Below are positions 53,966 to 64,000 of a stretch of DNA of 64,000 bases, piece after piece (the first letter of the stretch is position 1; each line of letters begins with the position of its first letter). The position numbers were made by a program, and so were the translations under genes. This DNA is from Trichoplax adhaerens. Taxonomy: Eukaryota; Animalia; Placozoa. The notes under the pieces were generated by a model that worked only from the letters and a program-made list of their open reading frames with translations, was not told where the DNA came from and ran no database searches. Location of the stretch: positions 124,001-188,000 of the forward strand of contig NW_002060962.1 of NCBI RefSeq assembly GCF_000150275.1, read 5' to 3'.

Positions 53966-56007
53966 TATTATTCACTGTACAGATTATTATTTAGTGTTTA
54001 CTCACGAATTCTACTTGTATGATCACCAAAATCTATTACTAAGCAACATGTAAATGATCGACACTGATGCAACACATACATGCGAATGTGTAGTTTTCAT
54101 TGTTTCGATAGAACGTCGTTCAAAGTAAGTATTAAGCTGTTTATTGATGTTTTTTTCCCCCACTACGTTGAATTAAAATTTGCTGACGACGGATGGCATG
54201 CATACGTTGTAGACACTACAGTGTATTGTACCTAGTACAAATAAACAAATAAAATCGCTGTCAGTACTTTATTCCTGTAATCGTAAAGGCCTATGTCTAT
54301 GTAAGTACGAAATCTTGACCCAATGACTATCGAATGATGAAATGGAACTATTTCATTACGTTACTCGTTGTAATTCAAGCTGATTTATGCCCTAACGCTA
54401 AACAAGGTACGGATTTTACAGCTTAAATCGAAAATCTAGTTCTTAGTAGAATTATTTATCGATCCTTAACTTCTTTATACCATCCTGCTATCAAGGTACA
54501 TTAAAAGTCTTGTAAGCGTATCACGGCTAACTCACTAAGATAGGAGATAAGTTAAGTTAATTTGGTAGGATTCTGTGACTAAATATGTATATCATACATG
54601 CATAAGATCGTTTAGGGTCAAGTAATTCCTGATTGACAATTATAATTAGTTATTAGTGAAAAGCTTGTTAAAATAAGTAACATAAACGTACAATACGAAT
54701 ATATATGTTGCGGCTAAAGTTATGTGTGTTATATGTGTGTGATATATATATTTAAAGGTATTACAAATCAACCTCGAGATTTTTAACAACTATAGAATTG
54801 GGTGATCAATAATAACTAGATCATTGATAGTCCTGTACTACCTGATAATTTAGTATCCGAGAATATCACATGAGAAAGTAATTTTCAATGTTACATCTCA
54901 TAAATCTATACACAATTCTCATCCTGTATTCATATACAGTAGTTACGGAATGAGATTTTCGTTAGTTACGTTGATGCATACAGTTTCTATATTATAAGCT
55001 TACTGCAAGACTTTCGAAAACGTAATAAGTATATAGATAGGTATAACACTAATACTGTAACCTTCAACCTTCAACTGGTAGACGCTTTAGGTAGATATAC
55101 GCGTAGATATACGTAAGTTGTTGTATGTAACTGTATAATATCATATTACTACTTATTTTTATTTGTTATTCGTATAATCTATATGACACTATACTGATAT
55201 GTGTTTATACACATTGCACCTACGTAGTCGTCCAAATAACGCTTCTTCGAGTTTACGAAAATTTTAAATAATTTAATAGTGTAAAATTATGTTCAAATTT
55301 ATTAAAGTTTACCTATTTTAAATTGTTTATTATAGAAATAGAAACCAAAACAGTACTGATACTCTTATTCTTGAATATGCGCATTTAAAATAAAAGGCAT
55401 TAGAATCGGTACTATAAAAGAAGAGACTATAGTAACAATGTCATTACTACTCTAGCTCTAAGTAATAAGATGTTGGTCAAAATTTTGACCACAAAGTGGA
55501 AAATATGCATATATACGTTCCTTAAAGTATTATGTTGTTTATCAGATCTGTCGCTACTTATTGTTAACGAATACTTTTCTTAGTTAAATACCCAATTTTA
55601 CAAATACAATATCGATGGAATTCTATAATATAATGGCATATGGTACAGTTGACAGTGAATAGATAATAATAATATTCTACGATACTGTACTCATGTATGA
55701 AAGGCGTCACAGTAAACACCTACGTATCTCTGTATATATTTTCTATCACAGTGAGAGTATACGATGCTATAAAGATTAGCATACAATTAATTCTTGTTAT
55801 GAGCTCAGTCACGACTTTGATTTAAATTTCTAAATATTTTGCTAAAATGCGTATATCTGGATATATTGACAGCTTAACGACACGAGCATTGCAAAGACTA
55901 ACACTTGCACGCTACGGTTAGATACAGTTATACAGTTATGATATATTGACAGCATAATGACACGAGCATTACAAAGACTAACACTTGCACGCTACGGATA
56001 GATACAG

Positions 56008-58286
56008 TTATACCTTTGATGAATTTAAATCGATTGTCATGTTGCAATAACATATAGTCTTGTCACCTTTCGTCAACAAGAAGTGAAGCTTTTGTGGATC
56101 TTCATGATTTTGGAATGTAGTTATTTCAAGTTGCTGGCTTTCTCGACAATGATTGACGTAACAAATGTCGAATTCTCTAACACAATTTGGGTTGAAATCA
56201 TAGGTAAACCCGGTATGATAAGCTGGTGAACGCTTATAAATTGCATTTGCTGCCACATCGAAGCAGAAAGTAAAATAACGGGAGTTTTTAATTATATGGT
56301 GGTGATCTAAGTCGTCATAGCGTGAATAAAAGGTGTGTTTATATGCATCTTTAGGTATTTCTGATGGCATATTAACCTATTTGTAAAGCGATAAGATAAA
56401 ATGAAAATGATGATAATTAGTACAGTATATCTAGTTTTAACAAGTTCGTTCACCCGCATTTATTATTCATATAAAAAACGACGAGCATCTTATGTCTACT
56501 TAATTCTTCTAACTGAGAACACTACTTGCAAGTATCATAATACTGTTAACTATAAATATCAATTATTTATTAAAAGACTGATAATATCCTAACCTCATGT
56601 GGTCCGAGTTTGTTGCGATACTCTGAAAATGTTTTCTGATGCCAATCAGTAAACGGAACACCTTTACCATTTTTCATACTAAAGTTAACGATGTTACTTG
56701 CAACGGATATTAATACTTTATCATGTAGTTGGAGATCTGTATTGACAATAAAGGATGACTTGCCTAAACTGAGTAGCTTTAATTCATGCTTAAGATCTTG
56801 AAATTGGTCGATTTTGAATAATTCGGGGTCGATTTTTATCCGATGAGTAAAAATAACTTGTATAGCATCTTCAAGAAGATGACCTTTCAAGTAGCCTTGA
56901 GCAAGATAACAGTTAAATCGTGAATTGGAAATTGCCTCCTTTACATACTCAAGAATTACATTGTTAAAGCGATCGCGATGGAAGCCCACTGAAGGAACGT
57001 CAGTATGGACACAGACATCTGATTCTGTGTGCATCGGTAATCGCCACTGTGGCAATTCGCCAGCAATTTCACGATCTAAGTCTAGATATCCTTTGCACAC
57101 AATCTCTTCTCCACATTTACCAATACATAGAATACGATTAAGTTCTATATTCTCATAAACAGAAATATCAACGGTATCGCCTACAGAAACTTTTCCGGTA
57201 ACATCTAGGTGTAACTCTTTAATTTGAGCTAAAGAACTCATTCGTGTAGCTACCTGAAATTTTTTTGACGATATAGCACTACGAATGCCGTGTTGGCAGT
57301 AACTTAACATCTGAGCCCAATTTACGTTTCGATTTTCATCCAAGTCGCTAGGTCGTACCTCCACGGATGATATCATACATGGTTCGGATGGCAAACCTAA
57401 TTTTTCTAGATTTATCAAGCTATGTTTAAGGTCATCACGAATTTGAGAGTTACGCAATTCCTCAGTTACATCATCCGATATTGCGTGCAGTTTATGATCT
57501 TGAGTAACTTCAGTCGTGGCTTCAACTTTACATAGCAAGCTTTTATCATCGCCAAGAGTCATTTCACATAAGGTCTTGAAGGCATTCTTGTTGAAATTTG
57601 TCAGCTTAACCATTGCGTTACCAAGTAAACCATAGTGAAAATTATAAAAATTGGGATCAATCGTCATTTTCACTGATTTTAAGAGAGGTTTGGTACCATC
57701 TTTAAATAGTCCAAAAGTCTCATTCATAAAACGAGAACTTAAGGCACCAGCAAGATGGCCAGTATTGGGTACATTGGCCCTGCGACTTTGATCAACGAAA
57801 AAGTTGACGCCAGACAAAGAGCCGGGATACTCAGCGGACGTGGCTGCAGATCTAAGACTGTAAGCACTCCATATCGATGGCGTGAGCCTGTTGATTTTGC
57901 CTGCAAATTGAGCATCATTCTATGTGTTATTGAGGGTGAGCATTGAAAAGCTTGTTGGATATTTCTAATGTCATCGTTAATAAGTAAAGTATAAAGCGTG
58001 AGTACTGTGCACATACAGTATAGTACGCGAAATTATTATGGTAAACTAACTAAGTAGAGTAAGTACACTAACATAATATTCTTTTAATAATAAAATAAAT
58101 ATATTGTTATATCCATCACCAACTACAGTATGCGGAAAAATATTATCAGAAGCAAGAGGTAAATATTACTAATAACAGATGGAAAACCATAAAAGGATTT
58201 GTTTGATGGCAAAATAATCTAGTCTAACCTCCAGAAAGGCGATAAGAGAATGGAAGGGCGACGGAAGACGCTCGCAACACTTGCAT
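56008..58286 (-). CDS. Multi-hot-dog-fold thioesterase-like protein, copy 2 (intact)
   Basis: Exons 58229-58286, 56594-57900 and 56008-56376 have the same lengths and splice sites as copy 1. There are roughly 20 amino-acid differences and no stops or frameshifts. Confidence 0.8.
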
Positions 58287-60669
58287 ATTTCAAATAAATG
58301 GAAACGTTCTATAGTTATACTTGATAAAACTGTTGCTGAAACTGAAAAGATAAAAAACAGTGATATTAGTTAGTTATCAACAGATATCCAAGCCAACTTA
58401 TAAGTCGTAACGGTATGATTGTGATTTATAGTATAGTAATTTATCTTTTGGTTCTAAGCGTCAATCGTAGTAGTAGTCTTGCTATGGTAAATTCAACTAT
58501 TCTCTAGGATATGGTTTGTAAAGTTGATATTTTCAAACGAGTTGTAATATCTCTAATGATATACATTATAATAGTAGACTTTAATTGGTGTCGATGGATT
58601 AAGAAAGTATACTGAGAACCTAAATTGAAAATCCAATACAGTATTTACTTACTGAACTATTCAGTACTGATTATAATTATCGCTACAGTTCCTATAATTC
58701 TTCCACGGTAAAAATAATAACAAGAGTATAGATGTAAATTACTAGTAAGACCAGAATGTACGATACTGTATCATGTAGTATCATTTTAAGATTGGTGTTA
58801 CTGTGTCAGATTATATTGCCTATTTACTAAATTCTCTCTTTTCCTTTTAGTTGTCCCCAAACGGAGAAAATCTCTATTTGCTTCTTGCCCCTCTCTATTT
58901 TAGTCTCCTGATATGTAACTTTGGCAGTCTAAAGCTGGCAACTTTGTCTGCGATTGTAATGGCATGTTGTCGTACTGTAGTATTATATTTATCTGCTCCT
59001 CTATTTTGCAATTTATGAGTCCCAAAATCAAGAATTTATCCGTCATCGCAGAGATCATAGGAAACTTGTTCAATTTTTGACTTCCACCCAAAATAATCAT
59101 ACACAGTTTATCGGTAGATTTATCTTCGACAATAATAATAGTGTAGACTACTTAGTCGCTAACGATCGATATAATAGAATTCCTTTACGTAATCTTGACG
59201 AACGCAAACCTAGCAAGAATTTTAATGACAACATAGGTATTGAAGTGGGCTGCAATATGATTCATTATTATTTGTGCATTTAGACCAGGCCATGCAAGAG
59301 CTGCTACAGACTACCAGAAGGTCTTCTATTAATCCGTGCAGCTGCTGACATATAGTACAATCCCATATGAGACATATTCAATTAAGCATGAGGATGCCCT
59401 TGTCACTGACCTCTAACCGACAATGATAGAAAAACTATCATTGTCCTTACGTACTAGAGTAGAAGTCTCCGACTATTGGCTTTCTATCGTCAGGGCTTTT
59501 AATTTATTCACTGTAATTAGCTACGGGTAATCGTAATCAATCTCATCAAAAAAATAAATGGAGGCTACTTCATCTTAAGCATAATCTTGGAGTGAACTGT
59601 ATGTATAGAAATGGTTGTATAGATAGCAATCAATTTCATTTCTACTTTTCCTGCAATATCTGATACGAAAATAATATTGCTGCACTGCTGAATAGATAGC
59701 AATTGCAAAAGAAATAGCATAAGGTCCAATGACCATTTATGTAAAGTATACTGATGATATGGTTGTAGCAGAACCATATCATCGTCACACCGGGACTCAT
59801 TGTAACTGGAATAGCGAATCATTATACTGTACATTTCATCTTGACGCACATATTGAGAACTGAGTGATTCATTAGCTGATCATGCAAATGAAAAAAATTG
59901 CTGAAAAGACTTTTCCAATACAGTAACCAAGGCGTTATCCTGCTCTCAGTGTCCTGTAGTCCCATCCATGTTGGCTAGTGAGTCCACAACGTGCACAAGT
60001 GTAGTAGATCGATCTAAAATATTCTTGCGGTTGGAAAAATGGCCCAATTGAATAACAAACCGATGAAAGGTCGTTCATTGACCCCGCAAGAAAAAATAGA
60101 TCGAAGAAAATTTCTCAGGAAATTGTTGTTGCCTACACGCTAATCCATAACGTGCGAGCGTATGGAGCAGCGTGCAACCTTTTTTCATGATTAGATATTG
60201 ACCATTATTGCATTAACAGTTGAAAACAATGATACTAAACTAATTCTCTTGAGGGATTGGAACATTGAGTAGTGGGTAGTAGGTAAGGTAGAATTGCTAA
60301 GTGTTTTCATGATTGTTCTCTTAGTTCGTAACTGCACGATCCTTGTGTACACATAAACGCATTGTTTGCTTTTACAAAATTAGGATGCATTATAACAGGC
60401 TTTAATCAACAGTAATGTCAATGCACAAGATTGCCAAGCATGACAAAGGAAAATTTTTTTTCAGGGTTACTAATGAATAAAAAATTGTTCACCAGCGTAC
60501 ACGAAAGCTCATTGTCTCACTGTAAGAATGTTGGTGGACGTGAAATCAACCGTTCTCTTTCATGCTCAAAATAACTACAACCGGACTAGTACCTAGGTTG
60601 CTTATTTTAGCCACTGTTAAAATAACACACAGACCGTAGAAATTAACGGTTCAAGATCTACTTTACTCT

Positions 60670-61611
60670 ATGGATGTCTGTAATCAAGGATAGCATAAAT
60701 CCAAAAAAGGTTGTTTGAACAAAGCTGAAAAATATCCTAGTCGCTAAGTAGAAAGTCACCTATCATGCTATGACGGAGAGCTACACTTTATCCACAAGAT
60801 CGATATGCTCTTCTCTATGTCAAATGTATAACAGATGATTGGTGTTGGTTATGAAAGGAAGTGGTGGGGTTGCAATGGTGATCGCCATTGAATCATGTCT
60901 ACAAAAGTATAAATTACGATCGCACATTTTAAAAATTCAAGGAGGATTCGTTCAAATTGAACGGTTTCATTCACACTACTGTACTATGCTATCGAAGATG
61001 ATATTCAAAGGATCTATTGCATCTTGGCGATGGGATCAGCCTTGCAAATTTGCCACGACAAGAAATGAAAATCACCATAACGACATGTGATCGCACACCT
61101 TGGGGGAAGCATAGCAAGTTACAAGACAAGTACAACTTGATACTCGCTGATATCTACCTCTTTCTACTGGTAATGATAACAGTCGCAGCCATTCGCAAAT
61201 CCCTTCTCCATTACAATATTACAATCATGATGGAATTTATGGTCGGCGCTGGCGTCTTCAGACAAGCAGCCGATTTTTCTTCAACAAGAGCGATACTGAC
61301 TACACTAGCTTGCAAGTGTTTCCCCCCAAAGTCAAACAAATTGGATACAGAACAAGAATTAAAAAGCAACTATTACAAGCATCAAACCTGAAAGAAGTTA
61401 GCGGTTAGCTTTAGGAAAACTTGAGAAAATAAAAAGAGATTTGCAATTTCAATTTTCAAACTTGCAAGCCACCTTGAGCTTTTCCACCTGGGTCTTCCAC
61501 CAACCAATGAGGTCCCGTAGAAGACTGAGATCAGTTTCAATACGGTACCGCTATACAATACGCCTGGCAGTCGCCCACAGCATGGGCGGAGCTGTAGGCT
61601 GGTCCAAATGA
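60670..61611 (+). pseudogene. Decayed intronless ORF of unknown family, copy 2
   Basis: Frames stitch to LVLVMKGSGGVAMVIAIESCLQK...SIASWRWDQPCKF / TCDRTPWGK...LADIYLFLL...ADFSSTRA..KCF...ELKSNYYKHQT*K.LAV.F...KRFAISIFKL / IRLAVAHSMGGAVGWSK*. Confidence 0.55.
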
Positions 61612-61817
61612 GACCGTTAACCTCCTGGATGTAGAGTATACAGCAGAGTTTTGTAAACGCTATTTTCCAGCTCCAATTTTGATCTGCAACATTTGAAAAA
61701 TCCAAAACAGGTTTGGACAAGTCAGTTTTATGCTTTACAGGGGCTACATGTACCGTACTAGACTGTATGCAGACATGCAGTACTACGATCTGCATGTTGG
61801 ACCTTCTATGACACTCT

Positions 61818-63914
61818 ATCAACGACATGAACCAGAATGAAAATGATCGTGCTGCTGCTCCAAATATCAATGATAGTTTCAATTCATAGTAGAGCTGATA
61901 GTGCTACTTCTGATATTATTATTCAACATTTACGTCGAGCTAGCGATGAATGCTTTCAAGGGGTACAAGCAGAGAATGGCAACAATGATGATGTATCGAC
62001 TTCTTCTTTAGCAAAGGAAGATAATAATCCAACAGCAGATGCTGATGATAAACTCGATGAGATTCAGAGTCAAAATGATCCCAACTCAAAAGGCCACCCA
62101 ATAGAAAAGCAATTTCAAGTCCTAAACACTGTAGGTTCTATCCACTAGGATCAAAGACGACAACCAAAATGCTACATAATTTTGGATTGCTTTGAATCAA
62201 AATTACTTATGCTTAATACTGTAATCCAATATTCAATCACGAATAACAAGTAGAGATATTGTATCACTAATTCTTGAGTTATACTTTTTGCAATTATATA
62301 ATGTAATGAATTGCTAAAATCTAGCTTGCATCATGTCATATGTAGGAAGAAATACGTCATATTAAAAGCATACAACGATGAAAAGGTGCTATATTTTGGT
62401 ATGAAACAAGTTTCTGAATGGATAAAGTTAGTATTGCAGTTAGCTAGAAAGCGAGGAAACGCTCCTGAGCTATTTGTTATTCGCAAAGTAATGCTATTTA
62501 AAAATATATCTATTTCTATTTATATAATCGGAGATAGATATTATGTATGATTCATAATGTCTTAGAAACATGGAGAAAATAGTATTAATACTTATCTTAT
62601 CTTATTTGAAGGCTAATCAATATAAAGATGTAATTTTACAACCTCATAATTACGTTCTGTTGATCCTGGAAGTCATCTATTTGTGGGGAGCAATTAGGAT
62701 TTGTGGTGATCACCAGCTTAGACAGTTCTTAATTGGTAATGCTACGCGGAAGAGGCAGCATATTAATTTTACAAAGTGACTTATTGGAACTACACAATAT
62801 ATAACTTATACCCATAACAAGCATTCCTCTATAATTTATTAGAAACTGAAAGATCTCAAGAATCATACATATCCTCTCTACAAGTATTTATGCTGGGTAT
62901 TTTACATTTACAACTACGAGATATTCAGCTGGCTGAGCAGGTAAACCAATTTTAAGACTACTCGTATACATTAGGGATTTAAATATACGTGCAATGCGAG
63001 TGTACAAATATTGTACTACTTATACGAGTATTACTGTAAACTTACAGTAGAGCATACTAATAAGGCGTCTGTGCAGTTTTAATAGATTTAAGGTATTTAC
63101 AAACAGCTATTTCTCTCGAGGTTTTAATTAATTCCTATTAAATAATTGTATGCTCCTTAGTATTTGAAAGAAGCAGTTCGTATCTCCAAGAAATCTCGGC
63201 AAGATAACTATATTGCACCATATGCTACTTACGAGTTAGGATTACTATTAACCGAACATGCACAGGTACGAATCATTATAATTATGATATTATCGCCGTC
63301 GGGTTTACTAACCCTGATGTATCGGCATTTACTTAAGTGGATACCTCCGTGGATGGAGGTGGTAGTTGAGAGTCCATCGATACTGTAGCACACAAATTAT
63401 TATGGAAGAAGAGTATACTTATTCTGAATAGGAAAAGAGAGATAACCGGGTTCTAACATCCGCTGGAGGGGATAGCAACAACTGAACTCCTCGTTCAACT
63501 ATAGATACACTACATATATATATATAAAATTGTTACATAACACAGTATCTACATTGTGGCATACTACATGCGAGTAAGAGAATGAAAAGCATTCTAGCAA
63601 ATACTGTAGTGAGTAACATACTACAATAATAAATACTTTTTTGAAGCTATACAGTAAGAATCAAACGTAGTTAAATTACGTAATAACGATAATAAATCTG
63701 CCATTTTACTTGATAATTAGGGTGTCAGTCAAGGAAAATCACTTTTAAATCAAGCAAAGGTATATTTATCTACTTCTAGAATCTCTTAATAACGTAATTT
63801 CCATATCAATACTAACATGTCACTGTAACGTATATCAAGGACAATTATAGCGGCTACGACCTGGAAAATCGATTACATTTTAGAATTCATTCGGCTTTAA
63901 GCAGATTAAAATAG
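61818..63914 (+). pseudogene. TTC39C: Partial, internally deleted duplicate of TTC39C (3' portion)
   Basis: Aligns to ~39066-42073. It lacks the 5' exons, has a frameshift near 61878 and is missing ~39668-40902 (junction ~62400). 62445-63266 and 63680-64000 are nearly identical to the parent, and homology continues to the window end. Confidence 0.9.
63270..63625. other. ~350-bp sequence present in the TTC39C duplicate intron but absent from the parent intron
   Basis: The parent intron (41769-41875) is ~107 bp and the duplicate intron (63267-63720) is ~454 bp. The flanks align; the middle has no counterpart. Confidence 0.75.
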
Positions 63915-64000
63915 AAACAAGATAAAGAATCTGTATATTTAATTCTATACTCTGTCTGCTATGAAAGTATGCATATTCTATTCTAAAATTTTTTCAAATT

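Larger units (their letters stand above)
54270..61620. repeat. Segmental duplication, copy 2 (paralogous to 44599-52120)
   Basis: Direct alignment to copy 1. Relative to copy 1 it has a ~79-bp tandem duplication at 55862-56009 and lacks ~133 bp at ~58032. Confidence 0.95.

Noticed and set aside
61573-61590. Alpha/beta-hydrolase nucleophile motif AHSMGG
   Set aside because: It lies six codons before a stop shared by both copies (TGA/TAA), leaving no room for the rest of the fold, and it is not preserved in copy 1.
61611-61880. In-frame chimeric gene between the fossil ORF and the TTC39C fragment
   Set aside because: The synonymous pattern indicates the fossil ORF ended at 61611 in a different frame, and stops intervene.
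61382-61882. 166-aa minus-strand ORF as a real gene
   Set aside because: It spans a rearrangement junction, has no recognisable motif, and selection signals point to the plus strand.

Overview
AT-rich eukaryotic (animal) genomic DNA with compact genes and short GT-AG introns. No prokaryotic features, rRNA, tRNA or CRISPR were found. The gene content, tiny introns and kinesin-light-chain-type TPR remnants suggest an early-branching animal such as a placozoan (inference only). The left two-thirds holds conserved genes: an astacin metalloprotease (-), TAF12 (-) head-to-head with TRAPPC3/BET3 (+), COQ3 (-) head-to-head with SDF2 (+), and a compact CAMSAP/Patronin (-) separated from TTC39C (+) by two tandem-repeat arrays. 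An orphan spliced gene (-) follows TTC39C. The right third is a duplicated, rearranged accessory region. It contains two intact copies of a 3-exon gene for a ~577-aa, probably mitochondria-targeted protein with four hot-dog (acyl-thioesterase-like) folds and degenerate catalytic motifs. An ACOX1 pseudogene lies between the copies, each copy is accompanied by paired decayed ORFs, and a partial, internally deleted TTC39C copy runs off the window end. Identity between duplicates is a patchwork (~99% next to roughly 80-85% by eye), suggesting an old duplication with later gene conversion. All exon models and alignments were made by eye.
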